Shown: positions 36,193 to 46,231, counted from the stretch's first letter. The stretch is DNA of 64,000 nt from Planctomycetota bacterium (GCA_027624335.1 JAQBWV010000002.1:18541-82540), one strand, 5' to 3'. Numbers and translations: made by a program. The notes: generated by a model from the letters alone, not told the origin.

Positions 36193-39100
36193 TCAGTCAG
36201 GCAGGAGAGTCTCGAAGAGTGTGGTGACTGTGTTTGTTATCGACTGAATATCCTCCTCCAGTTGGCGGGTTCGGTGGGCGTAGTTGAGGCGGCGAGCCAG
36301 GTAGGCGAATTCTTCGGTTTCGGGATTGGGAACAGCAAGGTCACGGGCGTCACCTCGGACCATGCGAAGGGCGTCGATCAACAGACGCAGGAAAACGTAA
36401 CTCCCGTGAAGAGAGTTGAATTGCTCAACGGTCAGCAGCCCTTGTTTGCGCAACGCAGTCAATGCGTCCGAGGTTCCTGGTTGACGTAGGGCCGGATGCG
36501 CGTGGCCGTGTGTGATCTGCAGAGCCTGCACCAGGTATTCGCAATCGACCAGCCCGCCGGAACTCAGTTTGGCGTTCCACACGCCCGGCTTAACGAGCTG
36601 ACGTAGTTGGCGTTCCCGCATCGCACGTAGCGAGTGCATGTCGAAGGGTGCCTCTGTGTAAACCAGTCGGTCCCGCAGTTCTATGACTCGCTGACCAAGT
36701 ATGACATCGCCAGCAATAGGTCTCATCCTGACCAGTGACTGACGCTCGTATGGCCAGGCCGGTCCGCTGGAATCGAAGTAAGATTCGAAGGCATCGAGTG
36801 AAACGGCGAGTGGTCCGGCACTGCCATATGGTCGCAGCCGTAAATCGATTTCGAAGATGCCTTTGCGCCGGGACTGGATCGTCTTTGTGAAATCCTCAAC
36901 CAGGTGAATGTAAAATTCGGACGCCGTGAATGAGTGGGGACCGGTTGTGTGTCCTTCGTCTTCGTAGAGAAACATCAGTTCGATGTCAGAAGCAAAGCCG
37001 AGTTCGCGACCGCCGGCTTTGCCGAGCGCCAGGACCGCGAGCTGATTCGGCGTATTCGCATGGGAATCGTCGTCAGTTCTGGTGATGCAGGGTTCGCCGT
37101 GGCGATTCACCAGACGTTCGTAGCATATTTTCAGAGCACCTGAAGTGATCGCTTCGGCGACGTCAGTCAGTTCTTCGGAGAATCGGCCGAACTCGCCGAT
37201 GTGGCCGACGATGTGCCGCATGTCGACGCGAAACATCTCGCGGTCTTTGAATTCGTTGAGGCAACGGCGTCGCTCATCCTTCGTCGTAAGTTGAACAAGT
37301 CGCGCTTCGAGATCCGCTTCCAGCTGGTCTCGGCCGCGTGGCTCGGCCAGGCCCTCAACGTCACGAAGAACCGGAAACAGGTTGTCGTGCTGCAATCGCA
37401 GGAAGTCTTCCCACAGGAAGTCGCTGACACCCAGCAGCTTTGCCAGCGTCTCCAGAACTTCACGGCGATCCAGTGACGCCAGTTCGTCGCTCCAGTCTGG
37501 TCGTTCGAAGAGTCGTTCCAGCAGTTGTCCGAAGTGGAGCAGGGCGTTCTGCGGATTCGGTGATCGAGGCAACAGGTGGGTGAAGTGCTTGACGAGGACG
37601 ATCGCCGCTCGCAGACGCGACTGCATTTCCGGACGAATGACCTTCGTGCCATCCTCTCGCGCGATCAACAGCGTGTCGACGGCTCGGTCGCCAATCGAAG
37701 TCAGAGTGACTCGATGGATGTCATAACCCAGCAGCGTCAGTGAATTCGTCAGCTCGTAAATGAAACCTCGTGTATCTTCTGCGTCGATTCGCAGCAGTGT
37801 GAAGCGATCGGATTGGTCGTTGTCGATTTCGATTTCGATGGGAAGCAACATGCCCTCAGCTGCGGGCAACGCATCGTTGAATGCCGCAGCAACCTTTTCC
37901 GCCAGTCGAGCCTGAGCCTTTCGCAGTTGTCCGTTTCGGGCGAGCGTGACGAGCGACAGTAAGTCGTCCTGGTATTGTTGCCAGACATCCGGAGGCACTT
38001 TCCCCGGCGGCGGGTTGAGCAGAAACACATCGACGAATCTCGCGGCTGATCCGGCAGATAATGTCTCTTTTGAGTCAGACGTTGAGCTTTCCAGAATGTG
38101 GTCAGTCGTGAAGGCGTTGCCGCTGACGATGTCAAACCCGTATGCGAAGAGAAGTCCGCATACCATTGCCAGATCACCAGTCTGATCGTAACCGCAGACA
38201 GTCAGTTGAATGCGATTATCAGGCGTTGAGGCTGCTTCGACGAGAATGGGAGTGTCGGGGCCAAGTGAATCCAGAATGTGCGAGTGACGGATAATCTCTG
38301 CTTCCGAAAACACATTGAAGTACGACGACTCCATTGCTCGGGAGTGACTCATCTGTGTCGGGTGGCTTGATGCCGATTTGCCAGATGTTGACTCATTCAG
38401 CGATGAATTCAGTGACGCTTCAGGAGTGATATTCTCAATGTAGCGAGCGTAGATTGCGCGGACTTCAAGGCAATGCTGGTTGTAGCTGGACAGAAACGCG
38501 TCGGTACCAGGGAAGTCGAGTCGCCTCGCCAGATAGGCCAGTTCCCGTTCGTCTTTGGGAAGCGAGTGAACCTGTTTGTAGTGCAGTAATTGCAGTGTGT
38601 GCTCGATCTTTCGCAGCAGGATGTACGCCGTCGTCAGTTGACGGAATTCGTCGGCTCGGATGAAGTTCAGATCGACCAGGCGGATCAGGCCGTCCAACGT
38701 ACCGATGCTTCGCGCGTGGCGGTTGTCCCGACCGTGTCGGAGTTGCAGAAACTGTGTGACAAACTCAATGTCCCGGATTGAACCCTGGCCGGATTTGACT
38801 TCGCCGAATTCGCGGCCTTTTCGTTTCAGGCCAGCCTCAATTCTGTTCTTCATGACGCGGACGTTTTCTCGAACGTCGTCAACCGAGGCTTCGAACAGCA
38901 GCGGATCAGCCTGCCTGAGAAAGTCGAAGCCGGCTTCGAGTTGTCCCGCGATCGGTCGGGCTTTGAGCAGTGCCTGCTTCTCCCATAGTTGAGCGTCGTT
39001 GGCGAGGTACTTGATATAGCTGTCGAGCGTCGTCACCAGCGGGCCAGAATTTCCCCACGGTCGCAGTCTCATGTCGACCCGATAAAGAAAACTGCCGGAC

Positions 39101-39888
39101 ACCGAGTCGGCCAGTCCTCGGATCAGTCGCTGCGCAACTTCCCAGTAACGAGCGGCATCGTCCAGCGAGACGAAGACCAGGTCGATGTCGGAACTGTAGT
39201 TCAGCTCCTCACCACCAAGCTTTCCGAAAGCCAGCACAACGAAGTCATCGATGTTGATGTTCAAGTCATCCCGCACGATCGAGAGAGCGGTCTGAACGAT
39301 GGCGTCGGCCAGCAGTGACAGCTGAATCGTAACCGACTTCAAATCGAGCAACCCGAAGTTGTCGCAGGCACTGATGCGTAGAAGTTCCCAGTGCTGAAAC
39401 GTCCGAAGCATCTCAAACTTCTGCTGCGACGTTGTTGATTCGGTGAGTGCCTGTTCGGCTTCGTGTCGAAAGTCTTCCCGGCTTTTGAACTCGGCGATGC
39501 GTTTATGCTGCGTCAATTGCTCAAGGTACTCAGGGTTTCGCAGCAGGATTTCCGTAAGGAACTGGCTGTTCACAAACAGCTTGACGAGGATCTCGACGGC
39601 TCGCGGATTGGCTGCGAGAAACTGTAGTGTCGCCGTTGCATCGGGAACCGTGTGGATGAAACGTTCGAGATTGAGAACCGAACTGTCGGGGCTGGCGGAA
39701 TCAGCCAGCGCAGCAAGCAGCATCGGCAGGGCAGCGGTCAGCGCTTCTCGCCGCAGTGAGTCCGTGCAGAGTTCGAGCAATCTCGCATGTGCAGTCCGCC
39801 AGTCTGCAAAGCCGATCGGCACAAGCAGACGTTCGACGTCCGATTCGGACACGTTTGCCTGAAGTAATTGTTCCGTCTTACGAATCAT
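36193..39888 (-). CDS. glnE: Glutamine synthetase adenylyltransferase/adenylyl-removing enzyme (GlnE) with two inserted ACT-like domains
   Basis: 1231 aa. There are two nucleotidyltransferase halves: FGKLGGEELNYSSDIDLVFV + YRVDMRLRPWG, and LGKAGGRELGFASDIELMFLYE + FEIDLRLRPYG. Between them, at about aa 520-770, are two ACT-like units: LTVCGYDQTGDLAMVCGLLFAYGFDIVSGNAFT and FTLLRIDAEDTRGFIYELTNSLTLLGYDIHRVTLTSIGDRAVDTLLI. Confidence 0.85.
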   Translation of the reverse strand: MIRKTEQLLQANVSESDVERLLVPIGFADWRTAHARLLELCTDSLRREALTAALPMLLAALADSASPDSSVLNLERFIHTVPDATATLQFLAANPRAVEILVKLFVNSQFLTEILLRNPEYLEQLTQHKRIAEFKSREDFRHEAEQALTESTTSQQKFEMLRTFQHWELLRISACDNFGLLDLKSVTIQLSLLADAIVQTALSIVRDDLNINIDDFVVLAFGKLGGEELNYSSDIDLVFVSLDDAARYWEVAQRLIRGLADSVSGSFLYRVDMRLRPWGNSGPLVTTLDSYIKYLANDAQLWEKQALLKARPIAGQLEAGFDFLRQADPLLFEASVDDVRENVRVMKNRIEAGLKRKGREFGEVKSGQGSIRDIEFVTQFLQLRHGRDNRHARSIGTLDGLIRLVDLNFIRADEFRQLTTAYILLRKIEHTLQLLHYKQVHSLPKDERELAYLARRLDFPGTDAFLSSYNQHCLEVRAIYARYIENITPEASLNSSLNESTSGKSASSHPTQMSHSRAMESSYFNVFSEAEIIRHSHILDSLGPDTPILVEAASTPDNRIQLTVCGYDQTGDLAMVCGLLFAYGFDIVSGNAFTTDHILESSTSDSKETLSAGSAARFVDVFLLNPPPGKVPPDVWQQYQDDLLSLVTLARNGQLRKAQARLAEKVAAAFNDALPAAEGMLLPIEIEIDNDQSDRFTLLRIDAEDTRGFIYELTNSLTLLGYDIHRVTLTSIGDRAVDTLLIAREDGTKVIRPEMQSRLRAAIVLVKHFTHLLPRSPNPQNALLHFGQLLERLFERPDWSDELASLDRREVLETLAKLLGVSDFLWEDFLRLQHDNLFPVLRDVEGLAEPRGRDQLEADLEARLVQLTTKDERRRCLNEFKDREMFRVDMRHIVGHIGEFGRFSEELTDVAEAITSGALKICYERLVNRHGEPCITRTDDDSHANTPNQLAVLALGKAGGRELGFASDIELMFLYEDEGHTTGPHSFTASEFYIHLVEDFTKTIQSRRKGIFEIDLRLRPYGSAGPLAVSLDAFESYFDSSGPAWPYERQSLVRMRPIAGDVILGQRVIELRDRLVYTEAPFDMHSLRAMRERQLRQLVKPGVWNAKLSSGGLVDCEYLVQALQITHGHAHPALRQPGTSDALTALRKQGLLTVEQFNSLHGSYVFLRLLIDALRMVRGDARDLAVPNPETEEFAYLARRLNYAHRTRQLEEDIQSITNTVTTLFETLLPD

Positions 39889-40516
39889 TGGTTTGCGAAA
39901 CTGTGAGTTGAGAAAACGGTATCCGAAAATCGCAAAGAATCGCTGGCTCGAAGTCTCGCAGATCGGGTAGGCCCAACCGCTTTAATGAATCATTGAATTC
40001 GCAGAAATGACACAACAGAAGTGTTTTCCCTTCCGCGTAATTCCGTGTATGTCGTGGTTTCATCCCGTTTCGTTCAGAAAAACAGACCGCGTTGCTGGCG
40101 GGTAACGCAGACGGGTGGCGAGCATCCCCGTCTTACCGTCTTTGAAACGCTGACGACAGTCTGAATTCGATGAATGACTCAGCAGGTTACTTCAGTCGTG
40201 ACGGTGGCCTCCAGCATTTACGGAACACTGATCGACGCTACTCTTCCCAATTCTGGACGTGGTCCGACCTGGGGTCAGTCCCGTCGTTCGACCTCATTAG
40301 CGTCAATCAGCCGAGACAAGTTTTCAGCTTCAGGAACTGTCGATTGGTCGCCGTTGATGAATTCGACATTCGATTCCAAATTGTCAGCCCGGCGTGATTG
40401 GTTGGCCTCAACCAAAGAGGGCGGGGAGACTGCCTCGAATGATTCGCGCACGGCTCGATATTCTGCCTCTGTAAGAGTCTAACCGCTCTCATGTTCCCTT
40501 ATCACTTGAATGAGTC

Positions 40517-42880
40517 ATGGTCTTGTCGTCAGCGGTCATACTTGCCTTTGGGTTTTCCAGTCCGCTGTTGCTCGGTGGGCTGTTGCTCGCGGGGATTCCG
40601 ATTCTCATTCACCTGCTGCACAAGCGGCGATACGTGCAGGTCGATTTTGCAGCGATGAGGTTTCTGCTCGAAGCAACCAGGAAGCGTGCGCGGCAGACTC
40701 GGATTGAGAATCTGATCCTGCTTCTGCTGAGAACGCTGGTGCTGGCTCTGCTGGTGCTGGCGCTGTCTCGGCCTCATTTCGAGACAGGCGGAAGCCTGCT
40801 CAAGGGCGACCAACCGACACATCGGATTGTCGTAGTTGATACGTCGTTCAGTATGCAATTGGCGGAAGAGGCGACCGATTTGCAGACGGGGCTGGATGCG
40901 GATGGTGACTCGGGGACGGGGATCGAACGAGCCAGAAACGCGGTGCGACGTCTTGTCGAAAACGGCCGCAGAGGTGATGCGTGGAATCTTGTCCGAATCG
41001 CCGGCCGCGAGCCGTTCGGCATCATCACCCAGGCAGCGTTTAATTCTGAATCCGTTCTGGAAGAAGTCTCGATGCTCAGAGCAACGGATTCTGCGGGCGA
41101 TCTCGCCGGTGCATTTCAGACGGTGCTTGGAATGTTGCAGCAGGCTCCTGAGATTCTGCGCAAGGAAGTTGTTTTTGTAGGTGATCTGCAAGAGTCGATG
41201 TGGGATCCGGAATCTGTCGCTGAAAAGCGACGTCTGCAGACACTGGCTGAGAATTTGAGATCGCTCGCAACAGTTTCGGTGATTAATACCTCCAGCAATG
41301 GCTTCAGAAACCTTGCCGTGACAGGTCTAACGATGGAGAACGGCGTGGCGGCGACTGGACAGGTCGTGTCATTTCGCTCTGCGGTTCGAAACTTCGGTGA
41401 ATCGACGCTGCGGGCTCAGGTGGTCGAACTGCTCGTTGATGGACGACTGGTCGACACTAAGCGAGTCGATCTGCCTCCAGGAACTGACGTGCCCGTGGCC
41501 TGGACCCACACATTTCGAGAAGCTGGAGAATTTCGAGTTGAAGTGCATCTTCAGGATGACTCGTTGCCGGTAGACAATCGACGCTGGCTGGCCGTCCCTG
41601 TTCGCGAAGAATTGACCGTTTTACTGGTCGATGGCACGTCTGCGGGTCGTGCCCGGGAATCGGCGACGTATTACGTGTCTCGGGCACTGGATCCATCGAC
41701 GCTTGAGGAATCGGCCGGCGCGTTCGTACGTCCTCAGATTATCGCGGAAGCGGAATTAGCGTCGGTCAATCCTGCACGGTATGACGTGATCGTGTTGTGC
41801 AACGTCGGACTGCTGACCGAGCCCGAAGCAACGATGCTGGAGTCCTTTGTTCGAAGCGGCGGTGGCCTGGTGATTCTTCCCGGTGATCAGGTCAGCGCGG
41901 ACAGCTACAACGAAAGGCTGTACCGGAACGGTAAAGGAGTTCTACCAGCTCGACTGGGAACTGTGAGAGTCGTGGAGAATCGTGACGACGTGGTAACGTT
42001 TGACGCGCGAGGTTTCGAGCATCCGCTTGTTCGAGCTTTTCGCGGGAACCCGGGGGCTGGTCTCGAATCGACGATGACTCAGCAGTACGTGTTGCTGGAA
42101 CCGGCATTGAATTCCACCGTTGGTCTATGGTTCAGCGACGGGTCGCCGGCTCTTGTCGAGTCATCATTCGGGACAGGTCAAGTCATTCTAGCCGCCACCA
42201 GTGCTGACGATCGGTGGGGAACCTGGGCGATCTGGGCGCCGAGCTTCGTTCCGATCATGAACGAATTGGTGGTCCACTCCGTTTCCGGTCGCTGGAAGAA
42301 TCGGCAGTTGACTGTCGGTGAGCCAATCATGATGACATGGTCGTCACGTGTCTTCGACATGACAGTTTCTGTGCGGTCTCCTGGCGGCCCGGAAGTTCCG
42401 GTGAATTTGCGGGACAACGACAGCCTCCTTGCGGCAGCCTTCGACCAGACAGATCAGGCTGGGGTGTATGAGCTGGCACTTGGTTCGCCGTTGAACCGCA
42501 AAGAGCTCTACGCGGTCAACGTTGATACCACCGAAAGTGATCTCTCTCCAGCTGAATGGCAAAGGCTTCAGTCTGAATTGTTTCCTGACGCCGATGTTCA
42601 GGTTTGGAATGTCGAGGCACCCGGAATTCAAACCGCAAGATCAGAACTCAGATCGGGATTGTCGCTGCTGACTCGTAGCCTGGCATGGACCGTATTCGTA
42701 TTACTCATGATCGAGCCGCTGCTCGCCTGGCGATTTGCTCCCGGAATCATGGTACTGGGCCTTGCTGCGCTGCTTGCCTTGATGATTCCGGCGCTAGGGG
42801 CCAAGGTGGTGCTTGTCATCATGATCGGAGTTGGTGGCGCCACCGTTCTGTTTCGACGGAATCGGTCTGTTATCAGTTAG
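40517..42880 (+). CDS. BatA-type N-terminal double-TM domain membrane protein (large extracytoplasmic region)
   Basis: 787 aa. N-terminal LLLGGLLLAGIPILIHLLHKRR..FAAMRFL and a second TM segment match the Aerotolerance-regulator N-terminal motif. The C-terminus also has TM helices. Confidence 0.7.
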   Translation: MVLSSAVILAFGFSSPLLLGGLLLAGIPILIHLLHKRRYVQVDFAAMRFLLEATRKRARQTRIENLILLLLRTLVLALLVLALSRPHFETGGSLLKGDQPTHRIVVVDTSFSMQLAEEATDLQTGLDADGDSGTGIERARNAVRRLVENGRRGDAWNLVRIAGREPFGIITQAAFNSESVLEEVSMLRATDSAGDLAGAFQTVLGMLQQAPEILRKEVVFVGDLQESMWDPESVAEKRRLQTLAENLRSLATVSVINTSSNGFRNLAVTGLTMENGVAATGQVVSFRSAVRNFGESTLRAQVVELLVDGRLVDTKRVDLPPGTDVPVAWTHTFREAGEFRVEVHLQDDSLPVDNRRWLAVPVREELTVLLVDGTSAGRARESATYYVSRALDPSTLEESAGAFVRPQIIAEAELASVNPARYDVIVLCNVGLLTEPEATMLESFVRSGGGLVILPGDQVSADSYNERLYRNGKGVLPARLGTVRVVENRDDVVTFDARGFEHPLVRAFRGNPGAGLESTMTQQYVLLEPALNSTVGLWFSDGSPALVESSFGTGQVILAATSADDRWGTWAIWAPSFVPIMNELVVHSVSGRWKNRQLTVGEPIMMTWSSRVFDMTVSVRSPGGPEVPVNLRDNDSLLAAAFDQTDQAGVYELALGSPLNRKELYAVNVDTTESDLSPAEWQRLQSELFPDADVQVWNVEAPGIQTARSELRSGLSLLTRSLAWTVFVLLMIEPLLAWRFAPGIMVLGLAALLALMIPALGAKVVLVIMIGVGGATVLFRRNRSVIS

Positions 42881-43109
42881 GCTGCGTGTCCGATCATGGT
42901 GCTAAGGCATGGCAGTGGCCGTTTCCGATGGATCGTCGAAAGTCATTCGCCGCCAATCGGTTGAAGATCGTCGAAGCCGCCGGTATCTTCCCCGCTTCTC
43001 TGGCCCCGAACTCATCAGGACACCAGCAGGAATTTCTGCGTCGAATGTGCATTGGAAGCACTCGACAGATTACATAAGTGCTTAACTGCTAAGATGATCG
43101 AGCAACAAT

Positions 43110-43733
43110 ATGGCAACCGAAGGCAAGCTCGTCGCTGAAAAACGAACCCAACTGGGATCGTCACATTCGCGGCGTCTCCGCGTTGACGGCAAAGTTCCAT
43201 CGAATCTGTATGGACTCGGCATTGAGTGTATTTCGTTGACTGTTTCTGGCGAAGTCATCAAGCCGATCGTGGTCTCCGGAATACAAGTGTGTGACATCGA
43301 AATCGATGGCACGGAACAGAAAGCCATTATTCGCGAAGTGCAGTGGGACACGTTCCTGCAACACATCCTGCACATCGATTTTCAGCGGGTTGATCCGCAG
43401 GCTCGGGTTGATGTTGAGATTCCAGTTGAGATTCGCGGGATCGTCAACGAAGGGGTTCTTGAACACGTTCTTCACTCGGTTCAAGTAAACTGTCCGGTGT
43501 TCAAGATTCCTGACAAGTGTGAGGTGCGTGTTGGGACTCTCAAGATTGGTGCAGAAGTGACAATCGCCGATCTGTCCTTTGACCCGGACGTTCGAACAGA
43601 TCTTCCAGCCGACACTGTTGTTGTGCGAGTCGTGGAGCACCAGGAGTTTGAAATTGAACTGGAAGATGTTCGGTCGCCTGTCGAACCAGAAGTCATTGGC
43701 CGTAAGGAAGACGACGGGGAAGACGGCGAGTGA
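43110..43733 (+). CDS. rplY: 50S ribosomal protein L25 / general stress protein Ctc
   Basis: 207 aa. LVAEKRTQLGSSHSRRLRVDGKVPSNLYG and VQWDTFLQHILHIDFQRV, with an acidic C-terminal tail. Confidence 0.9.
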   Translation: MATEGKLVAEKRTQLGSSHSRRLRVDGKVPSNLYGLGIECISLTVSGEVIKPIVVSGIQVCDIEIDGTEQKAIIREVQWDTFLQHILHIDFQRVDPQARVDVEIPVEIRGIVNEGVLEHVLHSVQVNCPVFKIPDKCEVRVGTLKIGAEVTIADLSFDPDVRTDLPADTVVVRVVEHQEFEIELEDVRSPVEPEVIGRKEDDGEDGE

Positions 43734-43761
43734 TGTTCGCGCTGTTGCAGTGGGATAGATT

Positions 43762-44457
43762 ATGAAACTGATCGTAGGGCTTGGTAATCCGGGTCCTCGA
43801 TATGACAGAACTCGGCATAATATCGGGTTCGACATACTGAACGCTTTTGCGGACCGACATCGATTTCCTGTCGCCAGAGTAAGGTTCGATAGTCTGGTCA
43901 CTGACTACCAGGTTGGCGGTGAGAAGGTAGTTCTGCTTGCCCCTCAGACGTATATGAATGCAAGTGGGCAGGGCGTCAGGCAATGTGTTGATTTCTACAA
44001 GGTCGACCACGACGACGTGATTGTTGTGGTTGACGATATGAACCTGGATGTTGGAAGGATGCGCATTCGTGAGTCTGGATCTGCAGGCGGCCAGAAGGGG
44101 CTGGCTGACACGATTCGGCATCTGGGAACTGAGCGAATTTCACGATTGAGAGTGGGAATTGGGCGTCCTCCGGGGCGAATGGCTGCGAGCGATTTTGTCC
44201 TGCAGCGGTTTTCGGATGCGGATCGACAGCTCGTCGATGTCTGTGTCCAGGAAGCCGTTGAAGGACTTGAGCTTTGGGTTAAGGATGGAATTGGCAGGGC
44301 GATGAACCTGATCAATCCGTCTAAGGAACCAAAGTTAAAGAAACAACGAAACAACACAGGGAACGCTCAGCAGAGTGGCCCGGACGATTCGTCAATGGAA
44401 GACGATTCGACCACTTCCCCATCCGGGCGGGAATCTGCTGGTGGAAATTCGAACTGA
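43762..44457 (+). CDS. pth: Peptidyl-tRNA hydrolase
   Basis: MKLIVGLGNPGPRYDRTRHNIGF, YMNASGQ, DDMNLDVGRMRIR..GSAGGQKG and RLRVGIGRP. It has a C-terminal low-complexity extension. Confidence 0.92.
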   Translation: MKLIVGLGNPGPRYDRTRHNIGFDILNAFADRHRFPVARVRFDSLVTDYQVGGEKVVLLAPQTYMNASGQGVRQCVDFYKVDHDDVIVVVDDMNLDVGRMRIRESGSAGGQKGLADTIRHLGTERISRLRVGIGRPPGRMAASDFVLQRFSDADRQLVDVCVQEAVEGLELWVKDGIGRAMNLINPSKEPKLKKQRNNTGNAQQSGPDDSSMEDDSTTSPSGRESAGGNSN

Positions 44458-44458
44458 C

Positions 44459-44917
44459 ATGAACCAGCGATTGCTGGCGTGTCGCATTGACAGGGGTGGA
44501 GTCTTGGCGATCAATCACTACGAAGGAATGTTCATCCTCGACAGTGGCCGATTCGGTGCCAATCCGGAAGCGGCGGCGACTGAAGTGGCTGGCATTATAG
44601 AAAAAGTTGGCGGAACGATGGTCGCTCATCGACCATGGCAGGATTCAAAGCTGGCCTATCCGATCAATGGTCATCGCAAAGGACTGTACTATCTAACGTT
44701 CTTTACAGCAGAGAGTCGTGCTGTGAATGAGATTAACAGCATCGTTAAACTCAATGAGAATGTTCTGCGGCATCTGGTCCTGAGCCACGATAAAGGACTC
44801 TTTGATCAGATGGTTGATATGGTGGGTGGAGAGGCCTTTCGGGCGGTTGAGTCAGAAGCAGTAGCGGTTGGAGTTGTTGATTCTGATGACGACGCTGATT
44901 CGGATGATGACGATTAG
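44459..44917 (+). CDS. rpsF: 30S ribosomal protein S6
   Basis: HYEGMFIL...IEKVGGTMVAHRPWQDSKLAYPINGHRKGLYYLTFF..VLRHLV, with an acidic tail. The ATG at 44459 follows the pth stop by 1 nt; a later TTG start near 44504 is possible. Confidence 0.85.
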   Translation: MNQRLLACRIDRGGVLAINHYEGMFILDSGRFGANPEAAATEVAGIIEKVGGTMVAHRPWQDSKLAYPINGHRKGLYYLTFFTAESRAVNEINSIVKLNENVLRHLVLSHDKGLFDQMVDMVGGEAFRAVESEAVAVGVVDSDDDADSDDDD

Positions 44918-45045
44918 AGAAGCGCCTGCTGGATGACTGGGACGCCTGGCTGGAAATTATCAGACGTTTTCTGTAGTCCAAGGTGATCTGCGGCGGATGT
45001 TTGCCGGGGAAGTGAGCTTCCAGAACTGTTGGAGGATCGATCGGA

Positions 45046-45546
45046 ATGGCCAGCTTCAACAAAGTCATTCTCATGGGTAATTTGACTCGTGATCCGGAGG
45101 TTCGTTACACCCCGTCGGGGACGGCTGTATCGGAAGTCGGTCTGGCTGTGAATCGGACATGGTTTGACAAACAGTCAAATCAGCGAAAGGAAGAAGTGAC
45201 GTTTGTCGATGTCACGCTTTGGGGGCGGCAGGCTGAAGTTGCCGGGGAGTACCTTACTAAGGGCCGTGGCGTGTTGATCGAAGGGCGATTGCAGCTCGAC
45301 CAGTGGGACGACAAGGATACCGGCCAGAAGCGCAGTAAGTTACGAGTGGTCGGAGAAAATATGACCATGCTGCCGGGCCGTGGAGATAGTGGCTCGCAGC
45401 GTGGAGGCGGTTCGGATGTGAATAGTGCCAGCACAGGTGGTGGGGCGTCTGCTGACGGTCTTGCACCAGGCTCGCCCAGTTCATTCGGGGGAGATTTCGA
45501 GACAGGTGGCGGTGGAGCTCCTCCCGACGATGACGTACCATTCTGA
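45046..45546 (+). CDS. ssb: Single-stranded DNA-binding protein
   Basis: MASFNKVILMGNLTRDPEVRYTPSGTAV, a Gly-rich linker, and the C-terminal acidic tip DDDVPF. Confidence 0.92.
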   Translation: MASFNKVILMGNLTRDPEVRYTPSGTAVSEVGLAVNRTWFDKQSNQRKEEVTFVDVTLWGRQAEVAGEYLTKGRGVLIEGRLQLDQWDDKDTGQKRSKLRVVGENMTMLPGRGDSGSQRGGGSDVNSASTGGGASADGLAPGSPSSFGGDFETGGGGAPPDDDVPF

Positions 45547-45667
45547 CGTGTGCTGACTGAGTCGGCCAATGGAAGGCCGCGCTCCTGAACGCGACCTGCT
45601 GAGCAGGAATTTTGTTTCGCTTCAGACTAAACAGAGACATCTCATTCAGATTAGAAGTGTAAGAGAC

Positions 45668-46177
45668 ATGCACAGGCAGAATCGAATCAAAGCTATCCCC
45701 GGAAGTCGACGACGAATGGCGGAGTTGCTTCTTGCTGAGAGCGTTCCGAACGTTGGCGCACAGGGTGATATTGTCCGAGTTCGAGCTGGATTTGCTCGGA
45801 ACTACCTTGTTCCACAAGGGTTGGCGACTGTCGCCACCGACGAGAACAAGGCTGCGGTGGAAGAACACAAGAAGAATCAGGCGACAGCTCGGGTAGAAGC
45901 CATTAAGAGCCTTCGGGACCTTGGTGAGAGCGTCAGCAAGTACAGCGTCACTCTGGAAGCTCACGCCAACGAGGATGGGCATCTTTACGGCTCGATCCTT
46001 GCTGCCGACATCAGTGCTCAGCTAAAGGCCGCCAATTTTCCTGTCGAGCCTGGACACGTTCGCCTGGAAGGTCCGCTGAAAGAAACAGGTATGTACACCG
46101 TGAAGGTGCAACTTGATCCCGAAGTGGAGACTGAAGTTAAGGTCTGGGTCGTTCCGAAATCTGGTACGACTGAGTAG
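45668..46177 (+). CDS. rplI: 50S ribosomal protein L9
   Basis: ELLLAESVPNVGAQGDIVRVRAGFARNYLVPQGLA matches the L9 N-domain. The start is ATG 45668 or ATG 45716. Confidence 0.88.
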   Translation: MHRQNRIKAIPGSRRRMAELLLAESVPNVGAQGDIVRVRAGFARNYLVPQGLATVATDENKAAVEEHKKNQATARVEAIKSLRDLGESVSKYSVTLEAHANEDGHLYGSILAADISAQLKAANFPVEPGHVRLEGPLKETGMYTVKVQLDPEVETEVKVWVVPKSGTTE

Positions 46178-46231
46178 TTTCGGTCGTAGTATTACGGATC
46201 GTGTGAAGCTGTTTTGACTGGTAAAGAATCT

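Noticed and set aside
43161-43901. 246-aa minus-strand ORF opposite rplY/pth, and a 241-aa ORF at 45257..45982 opposite ssb/rplI.
   Set aside because: The plus strand encodes highly conserved L25, Pth, Ssb and L9. The antisense products have no recognisable features.
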